NCBI GenBank assembly: GCA_964247055.1
Contig: OZ176056.1
Coordinates: forward strand, 8,432,001 to 8,496,000
Source: Paragordius varius
Taxonomy: Eukaryota > Animalia > Nematomorpha
Length of the DNA: 64,000 bases
Direction of reading: 5' to 3'
Made by a program: the position numbers and the translations under genes. Below the pieces are notes generated by a model that worked only from the letters and a program-made list of their open reading frames with translations, had not been told where the DNA came from and did no database searches. Numbering within the stretch: the first letter of the stretch is position 1; each line of letters begins with the position of its first letter. Of the stretch, positions 48,201-59,738 are shown in pieces.

Positions 48201-51200
48201 ATAATTTATTTTTAGGGTGAATTTGAATTGTTCAAGGGTAAATTTGAATTGTTTAAGGGTGAATTTGAATCCTTTAAGGGTGAATTTGAATTGTAAATGG
48301 TATATGTTAAAATTAAGAAATTACTATCTATTAAGCTGTGTCTTCTTTACAGAAAAAAAATTAAAGTTTTTTGTAAACACAATCATAACAATAAATTATA
48401 AAAAAACAAATATAATATCGGATGGGGTACTTTTAATTTTTTTTCTAGCATATATTAAATATTATAATATGGATAATAGTAAAGAATCCATAAATTAAAA
48501 CTTAAATGTCAACTTTTTATAAATGCTGATGATATATGGGTTAAAATCCCGTACTAGTTGAAAGCCAGAAAAATTTGAAAAATCCCCTCTTATCAGCACC
48601 ATGAATATAGAAAAAATGTAAAATTTTGAATAAATATACAAAATTAAAACACATTAATTATAGATAAAATGTAAAATTTAAAAGGAAATTTTCTTCAAGA
48701 AAACATCAATGATTTTGTTGAATACTGATAAAAAATAAACTATGGCATAAAAAATATATTTCATATTTCAATGAGGAGTTATATTAGCCGTGAATTTGAA
48801 TTATAAATGATATAAATGATATAATATTATAATTCCCACTCTATTGTTAACAATTTACATAGTTGTAGGTCGATCGATTGATAATAATACAGTAGCGTAT
48901 GATATTAAACAACTTTTGTCCATAATAATTAAATAAAGAAATAAAAAACTGTTTAATTTTAACAATTTGTTGTTTTTTACCCATATGTTACACTGTATGA
49001 CCAAAATAATGTGAATAGGACTTTATAATATATAGTTAGTTTATATGGGCGGGAAAATCTCAGTTAATACATAAATGATTGTATCTCTATAAAATTTAAG
49101 TTTTAAAAATGCTAAAAATATAAATATATACCATTTACAATTTAAATTTACCCTTAAACAATTAAAATCCACCCTCGAATAATTCAAATACACTCCAGAA
49201 GAAGAACAATTCTAATTTACCCTAAAAATAAATTATGTGTTTTCGGGCAGCTAATATAATTCATCAGTAATGGTCAAATATTTCCTAATGGCACAAATTT
49301 TATTATTTTTTCCGTGTGTTATTCCAAATTTTAAACGAAATTTCATACTTATAATAAATGTAAGTAATACTTACTAATCTTAAAAAAACATATAATTTAT
49401 ATTTTAGGGTGAATTTTTTTCAATTTGGTAATGGTATATTTAGTAGCTATTACATTTAAGTTAGGATCATAGAAAGGGATATCCAATTGTGACATAGCCC
49501 GTACGATAGCCATTAACGATTGAACCGTATTTGAGTATACAACTGGTCGGTATTGAAGGCATTCATCCTTAGAATAACCATTCTCATGTAAAATCCTTTA
49601 TGAAAAAAAATATATTAAACTATTTATTGTAAATATTTAAGTATTTCAATACAATTCAATTTCACCCCCTTGAACAATTCAAATTCACCCCCTTGAACAA
49701 TTCAAATTCACTCTTAAACAATTCAAATTCACCCCCCTTGAACAATCCAAATTCACCCCCTTGAACAATTCAAATTCACCCCCTTGAACAATTCAAATTC
49801 ACCCTTAAACAATTCAAATTCACCCCCTTGAACAATTCAAATTCACCCCCTTGAACAATTCAATTTCACCCCCTTGAACAATTCAATTTCACCCCCTTGA
49901 ACAATTCAAATTCACCCATTTGAACAATTCAAATTTACCCTCAAATAAAATATATGTTTTTTGAGATTAATATTACCAATATTTTTATATATTTTTAAAA
50001 AATATATAAAAATATTGTTATAAATTAAAATAATACTGAAAAAATAATAAACTATACCATAAACATATATTTCATATTAATAATGAGTTATATTAGTTCG
50101 AAAACACACATAATTTATTTTTAGGGTGAATTTGAATTGTTGGTATATTATTATTTTTATATTTAAGTATTTCAATACACTATTTATTGCTTTGCGAAAA
50201 TTTTATTTTATTTTAAAAAAAGTAGAAAATAACCACAAAAGAGTATAATGGTTTAAAATGATGTCAAACAAAAAACCTTTGAAAAGTGGACAAAAAATGG
50301 TTATATAAAGGTTTGATTTTATTAAATTTTTAAATGTCGTCTCTATAATCAAATATCAGCACAGCATTCAATAATATGGAATTTTATGACAGAAAAATAT
50401 ATATATATATATACTTACTTCATTTGTTTAACAATTGTGCTTTTTCCTGATTCACCGGCACCTATATATAATATATATATATATATAGTATTAATATTGG
50501 TTTATAAAGGTTTTTCATTCGATTCCAATTGGGGTAATTGGATACCCCAGGCCTGTTTAAAATAAAAATTCTTTAAAAAGCATGGAAGGAATCGAAACCA
50601 TGGCAAAATTTTGCACTTATATAACATTAATAAACCGAATTATATGAAAAAAATTTATTCAAAAATACTTCTTGATATTACTTATTTTAGGCTAAAACTG
50701 AAAGGCAAAAATTTGGTCAACGTGACATGTGTGCAATAGTAAAATTAAAAAATAATACAAAATAAACCACTTTTTCTATTTATATCAATGTTAGGTGTAG
50801 CTTTAAATACCCTTAAATTTAAATGAAGACGATATTTTGCAAAAATTTTGCAAATTAAAAATGGCGTCGAAGTAGTTTGACATGGAACTTTTTTTCCAAA
50901 AACAAAACTTTATATAGATATGTTGAAAAATTTATATAATTTTTATTAGGATATAAGCATAAATTTAAATTGGGACCGTTTCTTTCATTAGTTTTTTTAA
51001 AAATCCTAACTCAACTTTAGTCTGGGGTATATTTAGATACCCCAATTTGAATCTTAGTGTGTTAATCAAAAACCATTTAAGATTAACATATTGTTTGGGT
51101 GGAAAAAATCCTGATTTTACAAATTTTGATATATATTTTGCGTCAAAAAACGATTTAAAATAAAAAAAATTTAATCATTTTTAGGATGAAAAAAATTATA

Positions 51201-53194
51201 TTTTGATAATTCTAAATTAATGGTAAACTTTGATATTAATTCATCACAAAATTAGCCCTTCCTTATTAATTAAACCAAATCATTAATTATTTGCACCAAT
51301 CTTTCTGGCTTTTATGATGGTTATTAATTAAACAAAAAAATTTTTTTATATATATACTAGTGTGGGCGGGATTCAATATATTAGAATGTATACTAAAACC
51401 TAACTAATTCTTTTAGGATATATATATATATATATATATATTAAGATTACAAAAAAACAGTAAATAGCATATTTTAGTTAGGAAAAACCTTATCTTTAGG
51501 GTCAAATAAACTGCATAATGTATTTCTACATTTCCTTATATATAAAAAATTAACATTTACATGTAAATTTATATATATATTTCATGTCAACAAAATATAT
51601 AATAATAAAAATACAACAAAATATAAAATGGACAAAATCAATACTGAATTCATCGTATATTATACATTTTTTATTACACAATCATGTCCTCTAGAATTTG
51701 TTAAATGCCTTAGCTGGTGAAAAATTACTACATATGTTATATTCTCATTCAACTTAAGCGAATTTTAAATCTTTTTATGTTTTGGATTATATATGTATAA
51801 TGAACAAAATTTTCCTACCGTATAAATGAATAGTTTTGAAATTGTTCGTTAATTTTAGTTAATTAAATTATGCCCTAATAATAAGAAAGCTCTTTAAAGA
51901 TTATCTCCAACAAACACTTAAGTCAATACTTTAATGCCTTTTGGGGTGATTTTTTACGCTAAAAGCGATTTCAAATTCGAATATCTTATATATATATCTA
52001 ATAGGCGCATCATTTAAAAATTTATAAAATTCAAATTGTCAAAATTCGTGATAGATTAATTTTATAAAGCTTTTGCATATCCCATGATTTGCAATTTCTA
52101 ATATAAATTGACCTTAAAATCTCCATATATGTTATTTGTTTCAATCTGGTTTAGAGTGTTAATCCGAATATGTGGAGTTTAGATATTACAAAAAATGGTC
52201 AAAATATAAGCTTTTTATTATTACAGGCAGGAGAATAATGTTAAAAAATAATAAAAAAATCTTAACAGAATTGAATCTACTGGGCTTAAACCACTGCCCT
52301 AAAATGTAATTAATTGTCTCCAAAAAAAACGTGAAAAGGTAATGAAGTATTAGGAAAACTAATTAGCTTATATTCCACATATTTATAAAATTACTGATTT
52401 TTTAAGGTATATATATATAATAAATTTTGTTATAATTTTCATGTTTTACAAAAATTTAACACAAAAAAAATTAAAGTAAATTAAGTTAATTTTTTTGTTC
52501 AGTTGCGTTGCGTTGAATGCCATCAAGAATAGTTATAGCTATTTAATAAAAGAAAAAATTTATATATATATATATATATATATAAACTAACATCAACCAT
52601 AATCTATCTCTGGATAGCTTAACACAATAAAGAATGGAAAATGGAAAAATAAAACGGAAAATATAATAAAATAGACCACAGTTTTAGCGGTTTGTTTAGC
52701 GTATAAGTGGCAGTTATAACTAGAAAAAAATATTGTTAATCCAATATATTGGATAAATGTAAAGCAAATTATATGTTGTTAATAAAATATAATGAGTAAT
52801 TCATGAGTAATTTTTTAAGATGATTTAATTGTAGGCTGAATGACCATTGAAACTTATATTATATACAATACAGAATGCTCGAAAAAATTTCAATTACTTA
52901 TTATTAAATCAATTATATCAAAAAAATTGATAATAAATATAAATACAAAAAACACTATGTTATATATGAGAAAACTGAAATATGTATAGAAAAATTTGGA
53001 AATGCAAGATATTATGCCAATATTCCCTGGAGATTTGTTAATTAGAAATGTTTTATGACAAAAAGGAATATACCTAGTAAAAGTAGTTTCACTTCACGGG
53101 AGGCTTTTTCTCCATCAGCTCTAAGGTGTTTGTCAATTTTTTTGGAACGTTCAAATGCAGCCTTCTCATCCAAGTTAGAAAAAACGCATCCCAT
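42297..53194 (-). CDS. GNAI: Heterotrimeric G protein alpha subunit, Gi class, 404 aa
   Basis: Minus-strand exons 53194-53074, 50461-50419, 49595-49454, 47760-47537, 46928-46800, 46409-46280, 45244-45091, 44362-44234, 42439-42297 (1215 nt). N-terminus MGCVFS (myristoylation/palmitoylation), [54 protein letters not shown]-terminus [10 protein letters not shown] is Gi-type with Cys at -4. Confidence 0.97.
42653..42803. repeat. Minisatellite, 7 x 21 bp (aaggaccaacttgaattgttc)
   Basis: Seven contiguous 21-bp units; the consensus is 17/21 identical to the family A arm unit. Confidence 0.95.
43829..44185. mobile_element. Family A MITE, complete, in (TA)n
   Basis: tataccatttacaattcaatttcaccc ... 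gaactgtaaatggtata. Confidence 0.95.
45293..45541. mobile_element. Family B MITE (degenerate)
   Basis: aaaaattgaaattcaaacggacaaaatgtaaaaatataaagac ... tttttgtccgtataatttaatttttac. Confidence 0.75.
46039..46251. mobile_element. Family A MITE (internally deleted)
   Basis: tataccatttacaactcaaattcaccc, 5 units ... gaattgtaaatggtata. Confidence 0.9.
47075..47361. mobile_element. Family A MITE
   Basis: tataccatttac ... gggtgaatatgaattgtaaataatggta. Confidence 0.85.
47773..48304. mobile_element. Family A MITE with expanded left arm
   Basis: tataccatttacaattt, about 11-12 units ... gaattgtaaatggtata. Confidence 0.95.
49127..49438. mobile_element. Family A MITE (degenerate)
   Basis: tataccatttacaattt ... 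ttagggtgaatt...atggtata. Confidence 0.85.
49650..50147. mobile_element. Family A MITE with ~13-unit left arm
   Basis: Array of caattcaaattcacccccttgaa at 49650-49940, shared core, short right arm ending tggtata. Confidence 0.9.
50520..51061. mobile_element. Family D element (left tip missing) in G-alpha-i intron 1
   Basis: ttcgattccaattggggtaattggataccccag ... ctggggtatatttagataccccaatttgaatc..gtg|TTAA. Confidence 0.8.
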
Positions 53195-55727
53195 TTAAAT
53201 ATCAATTCCAGAATAATTTGAATTTTTTACCAAATGTAAAAACACAAATGCCTGTATATCATATGATTATATAAAAAAATTTAAAAATTATAACAAGTTG
53301 TTAATTAATCTTAACAATAAATCAGTCTAATAATTTTCAAAATGGGATATGGAATATAAAAATTAACCATCCCTTTCAAAACTTTTATCTTCGTTTTATT
53401 TTTCGTACTCAACTATCTACGAAAATTATATTTATTGCTTTTACATAAAATAAAATTGATAAATCGGTATAGGGGTTACAAATAGACTAGACCATCACTT
53501 TAAAATGTGTGTTAATAATAAATATGCACATATTCCCACTATTTATCTAAAAAATTACGAAAGATTAGTCTGGTTTCAAATTTAGCAAAGAAACTAATGG
53601 AGGTCGGCTAAATATTGGGCCAGTTAAAAAAGATTATATCGACTTCTACGCTTTGATAATCAATAAATTTGTTAGGGCCAATCCATTTTTTGCAATGTTT
53701 ATAAGCTAATAGTCCTACAAAAACGCGATCTTTAGAGGGATGAACTATGAGATTACGAAAAATAGCACATGCGGGCATTTAAACAGGGATCAAAATCGGG
53801 GAAAAAAAGATATCCTAATAAAATATTAATATTTTTATCTACAACTCATAGTTTTTTTGGTCCTGGGCCCTAAAATTAATATAAAAACTGATTATCGCTT
53901 CTACTGAAATGGCTTCATATCTAAATAATAAACGATTAGCGCACTATATATTGAATGGATTTTTTTTGAGAGCCAATGCTTCATTCCATTAAAAATCACT
54001 ATCTATCATACACTACATATAAAAGGCAAAACAATAGATATGCATTTTTTAGTAAATTTCTTGTTTAAAGCGATAATCTACCATCTAGTAAAAATTATTA
54101 TCACAAATGTCTACATTCCGGTAATTTAAAAAAGCTAAAAATATGAGACTTTCAGAGTTCCCATTTAAAAATTAAACTTTTTAAAAATCTACTGTTTACA
54201 CACTTCATGGCTTTTGGGGGTATTTTTCCCTGAGTGTTTAAAATTTGAAATCTCAAAAATGGGTATGGCCGATTTTCAAAATGCTTTTTTTAACTTGGGT
54301 GCATAACAAATAAAAAAGTGTAAATAAAAAGCTTCATTTCCAACTTTTTCGCCGTCATTGTTTTATACGCTTAAAGCAATAGGCAAATAAATATATACTA
54401 TGGTTATATAATAAAAATAATTAACTTAGTAAGCTAGGTTGCATTTTACCCCCAAAACTTGATATATATTGCTTTTATAATTCTATTGAAATTGTGTTTT
54501 AGAGTTCTCCAATTCAGATACAAAACGCTAACAGGCATAAACATTTTGGGTGGGGTGATAAAAAAAATTTTTAACTTGCAAGTTTTTCAAGTCATGGCTT
54601 GCTTTCATGTGATAAAAAAAATTTAACATTACACGACTTAAGTCAGGCAAGAAAACTTGATTCGGAGGTGATAAAAAATCATATGATCAAGTAAAACTTA
54701 ACGATTTTGCAAGTGTGGTGTAGGGCACACTTGACAGATTTAAAAATATGATGTAAAAATTTTAGGTTTTATATGTAATTCAAATATTTGTTAATACTAT
54801 AAATTGTTAATTTGATGAATTTTGGCTAATTAATAAATTTTTATAAACACTCTGCTAATATCTAATAAGGAGAATAATGCTTGATAATTAAATTTAAGCT
54901 ATAATAACTTTTTAAATAATATACTTACAAAATTAAGCTCTGGGATATAAAATTACCCCAATAGGGCATAAAAAAGTAATATCATGAAGTGTAAAAGGTG
55001 TAAAAATCAAATTTAATTTTAAAAATAAAAGTCCACAAAGCTATTACACAATGATATTTATATTTAAACAAACAGTATTAACATCCAAAAACATAATATA
55101 AATTTTATTTAATATGATGATAAAAATGTGTCAAATGTTAAGTTCCCCAATTTTTGAGGGTTTTTGCCCCCTACAACAGTAGACTTAATTTTTTTATTTT
55201 AAATATAAATTGGTGGTCTATAATAATTTTTTTTTATAAGCCAAATTTGTTTACTTAGGGAAAAATATTTACAAACAGAAAAATTTGGATATGTCTAAAT
55301 ATGAAAAAAAAGTTGTATATCTCTAAAACGAGCTGGGTAGTAATTTTTTTCACAAATTTAATCACACCTAAGGAATCAAAAAATATAAAAAAATTTAGAT
55401 CCAGAAAAAGTTGTGTCAAAGTGTTTCCAACATTGTTCTTTACAAAGCTTAATTTTTTCAGTTTTGTAATTTAGAGCCTGATATTGGGATGACTCCAAAA
55501 CTCGATTAAATAAAGCTGTTTAAATCAATAAACATTAAGTTTTTGCTGGTAAAATGCAATTCGAAAGCTTATTTTACTGTATTACTTATATTTTCTAACC
55601 ATATTATACATTAATTTGCTTTTTGTGTTAACGAAAAAATTTAAGAAGGAGGCGAAAACTATTTTGTTTTCATCCCTGTTAGATGTGATTTAAATAAAAA
55701 TTATCTTTAATTTTATTTTTAAATAAA

Positions 55728-56368
55728 CACTTCGATTCGAATTGGGTATCTTAATATCCCAGATAGAACGTAGGCTAATATAATTAGAATATAGAAAGTA
55801 ACGGTTTCACTTTAAATTTATGCCTCTATCTCAAAAGAAAGTATATAATTAAGCCAAAATAATATTAAAAAAATAGATTTGAAAAACATTTCCGTATAAA
55901 ACTACTTCGACGCCATTTTTATTTTACAACATTTTTGCAAAATATTGTGTTTTTTAATTTTAAAGCTAATATTAAAGCTAATTATTATTTGAATCACTAA
56001 CATTGATAGAAACAGAAAGAGTGGTTATTTTCTATTATTTTAAAATGTAATACACGCATGTCAAGTTGGCTAAATTCTACCTTTGAGTTTTACCTCTTAA
56101 CTAGTATAGTATTTTTGTATGAATCTTTTCTTATATTTCGGTACACTCCTGGGGTGCCCAACTACTCCAGTGTAAACATGATATTTTGCAAAAATGTTGT
56201 AAATAAATATGGCGTCGAATTAGTTTGATATGGAACTTTTTCAAAACTAAGCTTTATTTAGATATTTCAGCTTATTTATATTAATTTTAAGACCATTTCT
56301 TACATTAGTGTTTTAAAAATATTAAAATCAATATAGTCTAGGGTATTCAGGTACCTTACTTTGAGGTG
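55728..56368. mobile_element. Family D foldback chimera (two copies of the same end, inverted)
   Basis: cacttcgattc...cttcgacgccattttt...ttttgcaaaatat, then atattttgcaaaa...atggcgtcgaa...aggtg|TTAA. Confidence 0.65.
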
Positions 56369-56456
56369 TTAAATTCGGCCTAATACCTTAGATACTTTTC
56401 AAAAAATTCAAATATATTGCTCTAGAAAAAAAATATACCGCTTGAACCTAATTTAA

Positions 56457-57027
56457 CACTTCGATTCAATTTGGGGTATCTAAATACCCCAGACTAAATT
56501 TGAGTTAAGCTTTTTTGAAAACTATCGAAGGAAACGGTCCCAATATAAATTTATGCTTCTATCCTAATAAAAATTATATAAATGTGCCAAAATATCTAAA
56601 TAAAATTTTGTTTGGAAAAAAAGATGTCAAACTACTTCGACGCCATTTTTATTTTACAAAATTTTCGCAAAATATCGTCTTCATTTAATTTTAAGGGTAA
56701 AATTAAAGCTAATTTTTTATTTATATTACATCTAGCATTGATAGAAATAGAAAACGCGATTTATTTTGTATTATTTTTCAATTTTACCATTACACACATG
56801 TCGCGAGTAAATTTTTACGTTTCGGTTTTAGGTCAAAATAAGTAATATCAAGTATTTTTGAATAAAATTTTTTATATATTTCGGTTTATTAATGTTATAT
56901 AAGTGTAAAATTTTGCCATGGTTTTGATTCCTTCCATATTTTTAAAGAAATTTAATTTACAGTACTTCGGTATTTAACTACCCCAATTTGAATCGAAGCA
57001 CTAGAATGAATGTGTTGTATCCAAGTG
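56457..57027. mobile_element. Family D element, full length, opposite orientation to the 21105 copy
   Basis: TTAA|CACTTCGATTC ... gaatgtgttgtatcCAAGTG|TTAA. Confidence 0.85.
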
Positions 57028-57780
57028 TTAAATGCATCATTTAGCCATAGTCGCATAAATTGTTAATAATATTAATGTAATTAGTAAAAAATCATGACAA
57101 CTTGTTCGTTGTTATTTGGATTTTTTTTCAATCGCTTACACGCAAATAAATGTACATTATAGTCATAAGGGTAATGAAACTTTAGAAATTTTAATTATTT
57201 AGCAGAATAATAATATTACTGATTTTAACCACTCTGTCGTTTATTGGGTTTGAGCTGTCCAAATTTTATCTTAAAGTAAAAAATAACCATTTTTATGGAA
57301 TACAGTAGTACACTATTTTTAGATTAAACCAAAACCAAAACATTTTGGCTGATTTTAGCTAGATTCGGTGAAAAAAACTACCCAAAATAATGAGCGTTTC
57401 CAATAAATGGAAAGGTAATGAAGGGTATAATTTTTTTCAAAAAAGGCTACTGCTATGGGGCAATAATAACCCTTATATTTATATAACTATCAAATAAAAC
57501 TGATAAAGCGTTTAATTATATTTATATTTTATTATATTTATTTTTTTCAAAAAAAATAAAATTTAGAAAACTCTTGCGTTCATAACATAAAATATAATAA
57601 AACATATTCACAGCCGGATTGACAGTTTACAGTGACTATTTGGAAAACATACATAAAGGGGATGTTAAATTACATTGAACGTATATTATGATTCTTTTTG
57701 ATACAAAAAACTTTCTTTTTATAAATAAAAATATTTCTTATGTTAATTTATTCTGCAGGTGTGAGAGATTGAAGTAATAA

Positions 57781-59683
57781 ATGGCTCATAGAAACACCCT
57801 GGAAAGTATGGGTCTAACAACAAATCAGTAAAACCTTTTAGGATATAATTTTAGATTTCAAATGGTTGGAAAACATAGTGGTGGACCAGTTTCTTCAGGG
57901 CTCAGTAATTATATGGACAACTTTAGCAAGGTTTTATTTGTAAATTTTAATTTGTCTTTTTTAGGACTTTTATTCTGGAACATCTAATCTGATGGACGAT
58001 GATGCTCCTCATGATTATCGCACTCAAAACAGCAATATTCCTAATAATAATAATAATCTAAATGGAGAAGAGGTATAAATTTATATATTCATTTCAAAAA
58101 ATAATTTTCATTTTTATTTTTAAATTTTTAATTAGCTTTTCAGATCTCACCACCCTAGTGTAACAGGACATCAGTTAAATCATTCCAATTCTTTCGCAAA
58201 TAAAAGTACTCAAAATTTTAGTTCCGCTCAAAAAATGGGTATATTATCTTTTATAAAACTCTTTCAAATCCATATTATCTTCTAAACTGTTTGTTATAAT
58301 TTTTTAAAAATAATGATTAGCAACTTTTATTTTTATTGCGACTTGTTTTGCGATAAATTTATTACTGATTAATTAATCATATTGTCTAAAAGCTTATCCT
58401 TTATTACATCAAATCATCGTTTTATATCTGTTTTGTTTTGTTTTAAAATTATCGCCTTCAAATATTTTTTATAATCATTAACATAATAAAGTTTAACCAT
58501 TTTTATACGGACTTTTTTAAAAATATACTAAACTACACTGTAGATTAGTAAAAATATTTTTATAAATGGTAGTTCATGAAATAAATTTTCTTAGAAACTT
58601 TTAAATAATTACTGGTATATGGTCTAATTAATCCATAAAATAATTTTTACTATTTTTGTCTTATTTATATATGTATAAAACAAATTTTAACCTAAGCGCT
58701 AATGAATGCATTTAGCATTTAATGGTTTTGAATAAAGCCTAATCAACCATTTTATTCATTCGTTTTTGAATTTTAAAACTTTTTCAATTTTTTTTGATAT
58801 AAATATTATAATCGTGCATTTACTAACAAAATAAGGCCATACTATTTCAAAAAAGTCCAAAATCAATTTCATAAGATGTATTTTGAAATATAAATGTGTC
58901 GTTTTATCAATGTTATGAAGTTTTTCAAGTGTGCAATTAACAATCAATTCACCCTTGAACAATTCAAATTCACCTCAAAATAAAATATGTGTTTTTTTAA
59001 GAATAATAAAAAATACTTTTATTTTTTTTTATATTTTATTAAAAAATAAAATTTTGTTTTTAAAATTAAAATAATAAATACGGAAAAAAGTAGTAAACTA
59101 TACTATGCCATAAAGATATATATTTATTTCACTTTTAATGATAAGTTAGTTGTATTACCCCCCTCCCCCCCGAAAAAAGCATTTGAATTATTTTTAGGGT
59201 GAAGAATTTGTGACTTTTATACAAATAATATACAATTCAAATTCACCCTTAAACAATTTAAATTCACCCCCTCGAACAATTCAAATTCACCCACAAATAA
59301 AATATATGTTTTTTGAGATAAAAAATTACCTATATTTTAATATATTTTTAAAAAATAAAAATTTTGTTTGAAAAAATAATAAACTATGCCATAAAGATAT
59401 ATTTCATATAATTAAAGAGTTATATTAGTTCGAAAACACACATAATTTATTTTTAGGGTGAATTTGAATTGTTCAAGGGTTAATTTGTGACTTTTATACA
59501 AATAATATTACATAGTTTTTTTTTTGCATTATTTTTTTGAATTTTCTTTTTTTTTCAGGCTTTTCCAGCGGTTATTCAACAACTAATTTTGGGGGTATGG
59601 GCACTTCGCCCTCATTACGATATCATAGTAGTAGCCATAAAAATTGTACTAGCCCACCATCCTTCAATAAAACTCAAAATACT

Positions 59684-59738
<55 letters not shown>

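Noticed and set aside
49650-49940. Regular 21-bp repeats superficially like a CRISPR array
   Set aside because: The units are contiguous with no unique spacers, there are no cas genes, and the context is eukaryotic introns.
14449-53194. GPCR and G-alpha-i linkage, or a UGDH-GPCR-GLDC 'operon'
   Set aside because: They are 23 kb apart with GLDC in between, the intergenic gaps are kilobases, and there is no shared pathway or trans-splicing evidence; ordinary gene order suffices.
54550-54690. Three GTGATAAAAAA (GATA-like) motifs
   Set aside because: This A-rich motif is expected at this base composition and could be a decayed tandem repeat.
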